DNA from: Verrucomicrobiota bacterium
GTDB taxonomy: Bacteria > Verrucomicrobiota > Verrucomicrobiia > Limisphaerales > SIBE01
Length of the DNA: 12,138 nucleotides
Direction of reading: 5' to 3'
Assembly: GCA_040754135.1 (NCBI GenBank)
Contig: JBFMDG010000150.1
Span: 1-12,138, forward strand
Notes under the pieces: model-generated
The model's input: only the letters and a program-made list of their open reading frames with translations
Database searches by the model: none
What the model was told of the DNA's origin: nothing
Translations under genes and position numbers: made by a program
Shown here: positions 1 to 7,600 of the stretch, in pieces
Numbering within the stretch: the stretch's first letter is position 1
Layout: the number at the start of each line of letters is the position of its first letter

Positions 1-72
1 CGCCTGGCGGCCTCGAGTCTCGGCATCAAGCGTCTTTACGAAGCCAAGAAGACGCGCGGCTTATTCCCCTGA
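1..72 (+). CDS. Possible 3' end of an upstream gene that runs off the window edge (...LAASSLGIKRLYEAKKTRGLFP*)
   Basis: Frame 1 is open from the window edge to TGA at 70-72. The peptide has protein-like composition. There is no start in the window, so only the C-terminus would be present. Not in the ORF track because it lacks an in-window start. Confidence 0.2.
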   Translation, partial: RLAASSLGIKRLYEAKKTRGLFP

Positions 73-118
73 TCGCTCCTCGATATTTTGCACCTGAATC
101 TCCGCGGACGTTGCCGCA

Positions 119-1219
119 TTGTTTTCCGTGTTTCGCGTTATTTTTCATCTGGACATGGATGCATTCTACGCGTCGGTCGAGCAGCGTGATCGGCCTGAAC
201 TGCGCGGGAAACCGGTGATCGTCGGCGCGCCGGCCGATCAACGCGGCGTGGTGTGCGCGGCCAGTTACGAGGCGCGCAAATTCGGCGTCCGCTCGGCCAT
301 GCCCAGCCGCACCGCCCAACGACTTTGTCCGAACGGCATCTTCATCCGGCCCCGCATGGATTTTTATCGCGCGGAATCGCACGCCATCATGGAAATTGTC
401 CGGCGCACCGGCGCCACCATCGAGCAGGTCTCCATCGATGAGGCGTATCTCGATTTCTCCGCCCAATGCCAGGCCGCCAATCCGGATGAAAGCCTGCAAC
501 GCGCTCTGCCTCTGGGCCGCCGCTTGAAACAAACCATCTATTCCAGCCGCCGCCTCACCACGAGCATCGGCATCGCTTCCAACAAGCTCCTGGCGAAAAT
601 TGCCAGCGACCATCAAAAGCCGGATGGACTGACGCTCATTCTTGAAAGTCAAAAGGTCGCCTTTCTTCGCCCCATGCCCGTGCGCGCCATTCATGGCGTG
701 GGCAAAGTGACCGAACAAGTGCTGCAAAACGCGGGTCTCAGCACGATTGGCGATCTGCAGGATCACCGCGGCGACTTGCGGGCGTTGGTCGGTTCTTTCG
801 GACCGGTCTTGAAACGATTTGCTTTGGGAGAAGATGATCGGCCGCTCGAATTGGGCGAGGAGATCAAAAGCATCAGCAGCGAGAACACATTCCTGAAAGA
901 CACTGACGATCGAAAAGTGCTGCGAGCCTGTCTGCGCGAACAGGCGGCCGAGATTGCTGGCAAACTGCAGCGCCATCGGCTGGGCGCACGCACTGTGCAG
1001 GTGAAGATTCGTTACGGCGACTTCACGACCCTGACGCGCCAGGTGACGTTGGAAGAGCCGGTCACCGAAGCTGCGGAGATTTACCGAATGGGCTGTTATC
1101 TTTTGGGCCGGGAAAGGCTGGTGAACCGGCCGTTGCGTTTGATCGGGCTGGGTGTGAGCACGCTGGATGAACTGCAATTGCGCCAGCTGCCCTTGCCCCT
1201 GGCTGAAAAGAATCGCTGA
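119..1219 (+). CDS. dinB: DNA polymerase IV (Y-family translesion polymerase DinB)
   Basis: The translation matches E. coli DinB along its whole length. N-terminal VIFHLDMDAFYASVEQRD corresponds to KIIHVDMDCFFAAVEMRD, with the catalytic Asp conserved. SIDEAYLD corresponds to SLDEAYLD, with the catalytic D/E conserved. Also present are YEARKFGVRSAMP, LLAKIASDHQKPDG and GVGKVT. At 366 aa the length is typical of Pol IV rather than UmuC or ImuB. The annotated start is TTG at 119. GTG at 128 (MFRVIFHLDMD, closest to the E. coli N-terminal spacing) and ATG at 155 are alternatives. No clear Shine-Dalgarno for any of them. Confidence 0.9.
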   Translation: MFSVFRVIFHLDMDAFYASVEQRDRPELRGKPVIVGAPADQRGVVCAASYEARKFGVRSAMPSRTAQRLCPNGIFIRPRMDFYRAESHAIMEIVRRTGATIEQVSIDEAYLDFSAQCQAANPDESLQRALPLGRRLKQTIYSSRRLTTSIGIASNKLLAKIASDHQKPDGLTLILESQKVAFLRPMPVRAIHGVGKVTEQVLQNAGLSTIGDLQDHRGDLRALVGSFGPVLKRFALGEDDRPLELGEEIKSISSENTFLKDTDDRKVLRACLREQAAEIAGKLQRHRLGARTVQVKIRYGDFTTLTRQVTLEEPVTEAAEIYRMGCYLLGRERLVNRPLRLIGLGVSTLDELQLRQLPLPLAEKNR

Positions 1220-1288
1220 GGCGCACAGAAAAAGTGAGAGTCGAGTTACGTCAAACCGAAGCATTCGAACGGCACCGAACATTCAACT

Positions 1289-1723
1289 TTGAAGTCGTTT
1301 TGGAACATTTTGCGGCGCGGCTTGAGGACTGGCGGGAAATTTCTTGGCCTGATCCCTTCGACCCTCGCCGCATCCAATGAAGGGAAATCACTTCGGGAAA
1401 AACGCCAGGCTGAACTCGAAAAATTCAACCAGCTGCTGGCTTCGGCGGTCAACCTGAAGCATCTGCTCGAGGAACAGATCAGGAAATTGGAAGCTGAAGA
1501 AACGCGTTGCGCGGCCCGGTTGGCGCAATCGTCCACGACCACCGAATCGAGCGTGACTGCTGAGGCCGCTTGTCGTCTGAAAAATATCCGAGCTGAACTC
1601 GGCGAGTTGCGACAGCGACTGAGCGAAGCCGCTGAAACGGTTCAAGGCGTGACCCACCTCCGCGATCAAGCCATCGCCAAAGCCCGAGCGGAACTGAAAT
1701 CGACCTCGGCTCCATCGGCTTAG
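1289..1723 (+). CDS. Hypothetical small coiled-coil protein (144 aa), possibly first gene of the NfeD-flotillin cluster
   Basis: ORF on the same strand and in the same codon phase as the downstream NfeD gene. Composition is E/K/L/A/Q-rich and alpha-helical/coiled-coil (LREKRQAELEKFNQLLASAVNLKHLLEEQIRKLEAEE..., IRAELGELRQRLSEAAETVQ). The only available start is TTG at 1289; there is no ATG or GTG between the upstream in-frame TGA at 1235-1237 and 1289. No recognisable family. It could instead be an untranslated leader. Confidence 0.33.
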   Translation: MKSFWNILRRGLRTGGKFLGLIPSTLAASNEGKSLREKRQAELEKFNQLLASAVNLKHLLEEQIRKLEAEETRCAARLAQSSTTTESSVTAEAACRLKNIRAELGELRQRLSEAAETVQGVTHLRDQAIAKARAELKSTSAPSA

Positions 1724-1801
1724 AAATGGGTCTGGTTTTTGGAATTGAGACTGGCCGGGTAGCGCTTTAGTCTTTTCGGCAAACAACAACCCGAGGCAAC
1801 T

Positions 1802-2554
1802 ATGATTGAGGTTCTTCTTGAGTCGGTTCGCCTGGTGAATCTCCCATTCACACTCCTGTTGGGGATCGTGGTTATCTACTGGTTGTTGGTCACGGTCGGC
1901 CTGCTCGACTTTGACTTTCATGCTGATGCCGGAGGCGACTTTCAAGCAGACGGAGGAGGGGCTGACGCGCATTTGCCAGAGACGGATGTACACCATTCCG
2001 CGGAACTCGCGCATTCAAACGTCGAGGGGACAACCGACCATGAGGCGGCCAGCCACAAGGCGGCGCATGGAAGCGTGGGCGTCGGTTGGTTCGCGCATCT
2101 CCTCCAATTTGTGAACATTGGCGAGGTGCCGGTGATGATTGTTCTGAGCGTTCTGGCGCTCTCCCTCTGGATCAGCTCCATGACCGTGAATCATTATCTG
2201 AATAATCATTCCGTGTTGCGCGCCTTGTTATTTCTCGGCCCGATCCTGGTGATCAGCGCCGTGATCACGCGGTATGCGACGATGCCCTTGAAAAGAATTT
2301 TTGCTCTGCTCAATCGCGAGCAGGACGAATACAAATCGCTCATCGGGCAATCGTGCATTGTCACGACCAGTGAAATCACGCGGGACTTTGGACAAGCGCA
2401 GATCGAGACGCGCGGGGCGCCCTTGTTGATCAATGTGCGCGCCGCCGAGGAAGAGCCGCTGCGCAAAGGCGAGACGGCTTTGGTGGTTCGCGAGGATAAA
2501 CAAAAAAATGTCTATTATGTGGTCAAAGTGACCGCAGACAAACTGGAGGCCTGA
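1802..2554 (+). CDS. yqiJ: NfeD-like membrane protein of the short YqiJ/DUF1449 type (flotillin-associated, C-terminal OB-fold)
   Basis: ATG at 1802 is preceded by GAGG 8-11 nt upstream. Predicted TM helices are LVNLPFTLLLGIVVIYWLLVTVGLL, VPVMIVLSVLALSLWISSMTV and LRALLFLGPILVISAVITRYA. The C-terminal ~70 aa (GQSCIVTTSEITRDFGQAQIETRGAPLLINVRAAEEEPLRKGETALVVREDKQKNVYYVVKV) has the beta-rich pattern of the NfeD C-terminal OB-fold. The gene sits directly upstream of, and is translationally coupled to, a YqiK-type flotillin, as in the E. coli yqiJ-yqiK operon. The symbol is assigned by analogy of architecture and synteny, not by a strong remembered alignment. Confidence 0.75.
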   Translation: MIEVLLESVRLVNLPFTLLLGIVVIYWLLVTVGLLDFDFHADAGGDFQADGGGADAHLPETDVHHSAELAHSNVEGTTDHEAASHKAAHGSVGVGWFAHLLQFVNIGEVPVMIVLSVLALSLWISSMTVNHYLNNHSVLRALLFLGPILVISAVITRYATMPLKRIFALLNREQDEYKSLIGQSCIVTTSEITRDFGQAQIETRGAPLLINVRAAEEEPLRKGETALVVREDKQKNVYYVVKVTADKLEA

Positions 2555-2556
2555 TT

Positions 2557-4632
2557 ATGTTCCTATTCATTGACGTGCTGCTCGGCATCGGCGGATTGAT
2601 TTTCGCCGCTATCATGGTGCTCGGAATTATCAGCGTGGTGAAATGTTTCCGGAAAGTGGAGCAGGGGAGGGCGATTGTGCGCAACGGCATGGGCGGAACC
2701 AAAGTATCCTTTTCCGGCATTGTCGTTTTTCCCATCATTCACCAGGCGGAAATCATGGATATCTCTGTGAAACGGGTCGAGATCGATCGCAATGGAAAAA
2801 ATGGATTGATCTGCATGGATAACATGCGCGCGGATATCAAAGTCGCTTTCTTCGTGCGCGTGAATCAAACGCCGGAGGACGTCCTCAAAGTCGCGCAATC
2901 GGTCGGATGCGCCCGCGCTTCGAGCCAGGAAGCCATAGTCGAACTGTTCGACGCCAAATTCTCAGAAGCGCTCAAGACGGTCGGCCGCCAGTTCCAGTTT
3001 GTGGACCTCTACAATTCCCGCGAGAAACTGAAGGAAGGCATTTTGAAATTGATCGGCACCGATTTGAACGGATTTGTGCTCGAAGACGTGGCCATCGATT
3101 ATCTGGAACAAACCCCGGTCAACCTGCTCAATCCCGACAACATTCTCGATTCCGAGGGCATTAAAAAGATTACCGAATTGACGGCCACACAGAAGGTGCT
3201 CTCGAACAAAATCGACAACGACCGGGAGAAGACCATTACGAAGCAGAACGTTGAAGCCAAGGAAGCGATCCTGGAAATGCACAAACAGCTCGCCGAAGCC
3301 GAGGAAAAGCAAAAGCGCGAGGTGGCAACGATTCGCGCGCGCGAAGAAGCCGAAGCCAAAAAAGTCGAGCAGGAACAGCGGCTCAAGGCCGAGCAGGCCC
3401 GCATTGCCGTCGAGGAAGAACTGCAAGTGGCCGACCAAAACAAGGATCGCCAGATTGTCGTGGCCCAACGCAATAAGGAACGAACCGACGCGGTTGAAAA
3501 GGAACGGGTCGAGAAAGATCGAATGCTCGAGGTGACGGAGCGGGAGCGGCTGGTGACGCTGGCGCGGATTGCTCGCGACCGGGAAATCGAAACCAACCAA
3601 AAGGAGATTCAGAACGTGATTCGCGAGCGCCTCGAAGTGGAAAAGACGGTGGTGCAGGAACAGCAACGGATCAAAGATACGGAGGCATTTGCCAACGCCG
3701 ATCGGGAAAAGAAAGTGGCCGTGACGGCGGCCGAGAAAGAGGCGGAAGCGGCGCTGGTCAAGGGGATCAAAGCCGCGGAAGCAGCCAGGCGCGCCGCGGA
3801 AATCAAGGCCGAGCAGGATTTGCTGACGACCGTGCGACATGCCGAAGCGGAGAAACAGGCCGCCGAACGTTTCGCTCAACAACGATTGATTCAAGCCGAG
3901 GCCGAAGAGGCGGCGGCGATGAAATTGGCCACGGCCAAAAAACAACTGGCCGAAGCCACGGCCGCCGAATCCGCAGCGACCGGATTAGGAGAGGCGCGGG
4001 TGCTCGAGGCCAAAGCCGCGGCCATTGAAAAGCAAGGCACCGCCGAAGCCAATGTGGCGGAATTGAAATTCTCCGCTGAAGCCAAAGGAATTCGCGACAA
4101 GGCTGAAGCCATGAAACAGTTTCACGAAGCCGGACGCGATCATGAAGAGTTCAAGCTCCGTCTTCACAAAGAGCGCGATATCGAATTGGCCGCCATTCAC
4201 GCCAGTGAACAAATCGCCGAAAACCAGGCGCTGGTGCTTTCCGAAGCGATGAAAAGCGCGAAAATCGAAATCGTCGGTGGCGACACCCAGTTCTTTGATC
4301 GCATCGTCAGCGCCGTGAGCACGGGCAAAGCGGTCGATCGCCTCGTGCAGAACAGCGCGACATTGAGTGACGTTAAGGAAACGTTTTTCAACAGCGACCC
4401 GGATTATTTCAAGCAACAGTTGCGAACGTTCATCGATCAGTTCGGGCTGACAACGGAGGATTTGAAAAACCTGACCATTTCGGCGGCGCTCGGCCAGATG
4501 ATGTCATTGGCGGACGATCCGAAAACGCGCGGCTTGCTGGGAGCATTGCAAGGCCACGCCAAACGAGTCGGATTGGCGGACAAGATGGCTTCGTTGCTCG
4601 CCAAAACGGACGGCGAAAAAGTGGGGAACTAA
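2557..4632 (+). CDS. yqiK: Flotillin-like SPFH/band-7 protein (YqiK/FloT type), 691 aa
   Basis: GGAGG lies 9 nt upstream, and the ATG is 2 nt after the NfeD stop. There is an N-terminal membrane anchor (MFLFIDVLLGIGGLIFAAIMVLGIISVV). The SPFH core matches E. coli YqiK closely: IVRNGMGGTKVSFSGIVVFPIIHQAEI corresponds to FVRTGLGGQKVVMSGGAIVMPIFHEI. DNMRADIKVAFFVRVNQTPEDVLKVAQSVG corresponds to DRMRVDVVVAFFVRVKPSVEGIATAAQTLG. NPDNILDSEGIKKITELTA corresponds to NPNNAFDAEGLTKLTQETE. This is followed by the flotillin-type EA-rich coiled coil. Confidence 0.93.
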   Translation: MFLFIDVLLGIGGLIFAAIMVLGIISVVKCFRKVEQGRAIVRNGMGGTKVSFSGIVVFPIIHQAEIMDISVKRVEIDRNGKNGLICMDNMRADIKVAFFVRVNQTPEDVLKVAQSVGCARASSQEAIVELFDAKFSEALKTVGRQFQFVDLYNSREKLKEGILKLIGTDLNGFVLEDVAIDYLEQTPVNLLNPDNILDSEGIKKITELTATQKVLSNKIDNDREKTITKQNVEAKEAILEMHKQLAEAEEKQKREVATIRAREEAEAKKVEQEQRLKAEQARIAVEEELQVADQNKDRQIVVAQRNKERTDAVEKERVEKDRMLEVTERERLVTLARIARDREIETNQKEIQNVIRERLEVEKTVVQEQQRIKDTEAFANADREKKVAVTAAEKEAEAALVKGIKAAEAARRAAEIKAEQDLLTTVRHAEAEKQAAERFAQQRLIQAEAEEAAAMKLATAKKQLAEATAAESAATGLGEARVLEAKAAAIEKQGTAEANVAELKFSAEAKGIRDKAEAMKQFHEAGRDHEEFKLRLHKERDIELAAIHASEQIAENQALVLSEAMKSAKIEIVGGDTQFFDRIVSAVSTGKAVDRLVQNSATLSDVKETFFNSDPDYFKQQLRTFIDQFGLTTEDLKNLTISAALGQMMSLADDPKTRGLLGALQGHAKRVGLADKMASLLAKTDGEKVGN
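2650..3232 (+). other. SPFH (band 7 / stomatin-prohibitin-flotillin-HflKC) domain of the flotillin
   Basis: This is the region of closest similarity to the YqiK/FloT SPFH core (residues ~32-225 of the ORF). Boundaries are approximate. Confidence 0.7.
3232..4240 (+). other. Extended Glu/Ala/Lys/Arg/Gln-rich coiled-coil (flotillin EA-repeat) region, ~330 residues, compositionally biased
   Basis: Continuous heptad-like, charged, low-complexity sequence (EAKEAILEMHKQLAEAEEKQKREVATIRAREEAEAKKVEQEQRLKAEQARIAVEEEL...AEAEKQAAERFAQQRLIQAEAEEAAAMKLATAKKQLAEATAAESAA). At the nucleotide level there are many reiterated GCCGAAGC/GAAGCC motifs. Boundaries are approximate. Confidence 0.65.
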
Positions 4633-4635
4633 ACG

Positions 4636-4654
4636 GCGCCCGTGGCGCGGGCGC
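4636..4654 (+). promoter_or_regulatory. GC-only stem-loop (7-bp stem GCGCCCG / CGGGCGC, 5-nt loop) in the flotillin-to-giant-gene junction, followed by a (GC)5 tract and alternative pairings
   Basis: Read directly from the sequence. 4636-4642 GCGCCCG, loop 4643-4647 TGGCG, 4648-4654 CGGGCGC. An alternative stem is GCGGGC (4647-4652) with GCCCGC (4667-4672). Alternating GCGCGCGCGC runs 4651-4660. There is no T-tract, so it is not an intrinsic terminator. The hairpin overlaps the GTG candidate start at 4642 and precedes the ATG candidate at 4693. Function is inferred. Confidence 0.4.
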
Positions 4655-7600
4655 GCGCGCAAGCGGCCCGCGCTTACGAATGCACCAGGCTGATGTCCAC
4701 CGAGACCAGAGCATCGACGAATTCCGAAGCCGGTCCCCCGCAATTGGATCAGGGCACCTACGAAATCCTGCGGGCGCGGCTTTCTTCCCACGCCAGCGAT
4801 CTCCGCGTTCGCCTCGAACAACTCAATCGAGCGCGGCAGGATGTTTTCGGATCCATTCCCACGCTCCTTCTTGCGACGGAGCGGATCAGCACCGCGAATA
4901 ACTGCATCGCGCGCGATATCGTGCCGATTGGCCAGGGGCGGTTTCTTTTCGGTTACAACGTCCACCTCGGTTTAAGGAGCGAAACCAAACTCGAAGACGT
5001 GTTTGGGGTTTATCGGCTCGAAGGCCATCATTTCCGGGAACTGCCTTTGGACGCGGTGGGCGATCCCCAATTCGCCGCTGATTTCAAAAATCTTTACCGC
5101 TATTACAAACACGCGGTCTTCTCGCGCTTCGCCCTTATTGGTCCCGCGTTATTCATGGAGTTCCGCGTCGGAAAAAATGTCGATGACATCAAGACGTTCA
5201 AATGGATTTGCCAGCAGGAGGAATTCGTTTATGTGGGCAATCGATTCGATCACGAGTACGGGTACCCAGCGCAGCACGAATTCCAATGGACGCGCGCCCA
5301 TCGCGAACTGCACCGGCACGGTTTGCATCCGCACATCAGCATCGAAGACCGCGTCTTTGTGGAATGCATTGGCGGCGACCTCACCATCAAGGTCGAGGAC
5401 AATACCGACAGTGGAGAAGGAATTTATGCGGAGCCGGTGGATCATCGCGATCAAACGCTCGATGACGCCGAAGTGTTCTATTCGATTGTCGGGAGCCTTG
5501 TGCTGCTCAAGATCCGGCCGTATGCGGAGAAAGCATTTCGTTATTTGGTTTTCAACGAAAAGCTGAAGCAGGTGCAGCGGATCGATGCCATTGCCGATTC
5601 GTGCGTGCTGCTGCCGTCGGATCAGGGAATCCTCTTTTCGCGCGGCTATTATCTGCAAAGCGGCGAGTTCAAGCTGTTTGAAACCCAGCTGACGGAGATG
5701 ATGTTTTACAAACGGATTGCCGCGCCCAACGGCGAGGATTATCTCTTCGCGTTTTATAATCGGGAGCGAGGGCAATACGTTTTGCTTTCTTACAACGTCA
5801 TCGCGCGCACGCTCGAAACGCCCATCATTTGCGGAGGGTTTTCCCTCTTTGAGAATGGCGAGATGGCCGTTTTCCGCGCGACGGCAGAGCCGCAACGCCA
5901 TCACGTGATTCAAATCTGGCAAACGCCTTTCGTTGGACCCGGATGGCAGCCGGAGGTGCAAAGCGAAAGTTACCTTTCCAAACTTGGCAATCCGGCCATC
6001 GTCCGCTGCATGGCGGAGTGCCAGGAAATTTTGACCCTCAGTGCAAAAGAGGATTCCTACGCGGGACTCTATTTTGACCTGGTGAAAAAAACCGGGGATG
6101 TCCTCGACAGTTACTTCTGGCTCGATCGGCCAGAAGTGTTCGGGTTGAAAGCGCCGCTGGTCGAGATCAGCAAGGCAGCATCGGCGGCGCTGGCGGAATT
6201 TGAAAAAGTATCCAGCCTGCGCCGCTCCGCCGCGCTCGAAGTGGCCCGTGTCACCGCCAAAGCCGCTGATCTGCTCCGCGGCATCGCCAATGAAAAATTC
6301 ACGTCGCTGCAACAGTACGTGCATCGCTTGCGTGAATTGCGCGCCATGAGGGGCGAACTGGTTTCGACCAAAGATCTGCGCTACGCCGATGCCGCAGCTT
6401 TGGCCAAGAGCGAAGAGGCGGTGGCCAGCTCGGCGGCAAAGCTCGCGGAGCAAACCGTCGAGTTTCTGTTGCAGCCCGATGCGCTGAATCCGTTTCGTGA
6501 TCGCGCTGCGGCCGTGACATCCGCTGTGCCGCGCCTGGGCAAGGTGACTGAAGCCAAAGCACTCGAGGAGGAAATGAACGCCGCTGGCCAGGAGCTGGAC
6601 CTGCTCATCGAGACCTTGACCAATCTTTCGCTGCGTGACGCGACCGAGACGACGCGCATTGTGGAAGGCATCACCGCGATTTATTCCGTGCTCAACCAGG
6701 GACGAGCCGCGTTGAAAAATCGAATCCGGGAATTGCGCGGCGCCGAAGCCGTGGCCGAGTTTGCCTCGCAATTGCGGCTGCTCGATCAGGCATTGGCCAA
6801 TTACCTCGATTTGTGCGTCACCCCGGAAAAGTGCAGCGAATATTTGAACCGGATGCTGGTGCAGGTCGAGGAACTGGAAGCGCGATTTGCCGATTTTGAT
6901 GAATTCGTGGTGCAGTTGGGAGAAAAGCGAACGGCTTTGGCCGGGGCATTTGAAGCGCGCAAACTGGATCTGATCGAATCGAGAAATCGGAAAGCGGGAG
7001 CACTGTTCACCACCGCCGAAAGGATTCTCAAATCGATACGCTACCGCGCCGAACGGCTGCCTTCGACCGAGGAAATCAATGCTTATTTTGCCTCCGATCA
7101 GATGGTGGAAAAGGTCCGCAACCTCATCGATCAACTCCTGGAATTGGGGGATAGCGGGAAAGCCGACGATGTCCAAAGCCAGCTCAAAACCATTCATCAG
7201 AATGCGCTGCGCCAATGGAAGGACCGGCACGAGCTCTTTGCTGCGGGAACGGATTTGATCCAGCTGGGACGGCATCAGTTCCTCGTCAACACGCAGGAGC
7301 TCGATCTGACGATTGTCCCGCGCGGTGAGCAAATGTGCCTGCATCTGACCGGGACCGGATTGTTCGAACCGATCGAGGATCCGGCCTTCGCGGCCACGCG
7401 CCCGGTCTGGCATCTCGAATCGGTCGCGGAAACGCCGCACATTTATCGCGCGGAATATCTCGCTTACAAATGTTTTGAACAGCTCCAAAAACAGGGCCGC
7501 CTCTGGAACGAGGAAACGGCTGCGGACGGTTCTCGGCCGGAATCGGCGCCGGCGCTCGAAGGGGAGGAGCTTTTGGCATTGACCCGTGATTTCATGGCGC

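Noticed and set aside
60-160. LexA/SOS operator upstream of dinB
   Set aside because: No match to the common LexA box families. Only a weak direct repeat overlaps the start codons. The upstream region available in the window is very short.
253-441. 62-aa His/Arg-rich + strand ORF overlapping dinB in another frame
   Set aside because: Out-of-frame overlap with a confidently assigned gene. Composition is typical of off-frame translation of GC-rich coding DNA.
26-1282. A 418-aa minus-strand ORF covering dinB
   Set aside because: Same codon-aligned antisense shadow (phase 2 on both strands). dinB on the + strand has full-length homology to Pol IV.
2962-3945. 327-aa and 165-aa minus-strand ORFs inside the flotillin coiled-coil region
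   Set aside because: Codon-aligned antisense of a GAA/GCC/AAG-rich coiled-coil region. The translation is an F/L/R low-complexity string. The flotillin assignment on + is secure.
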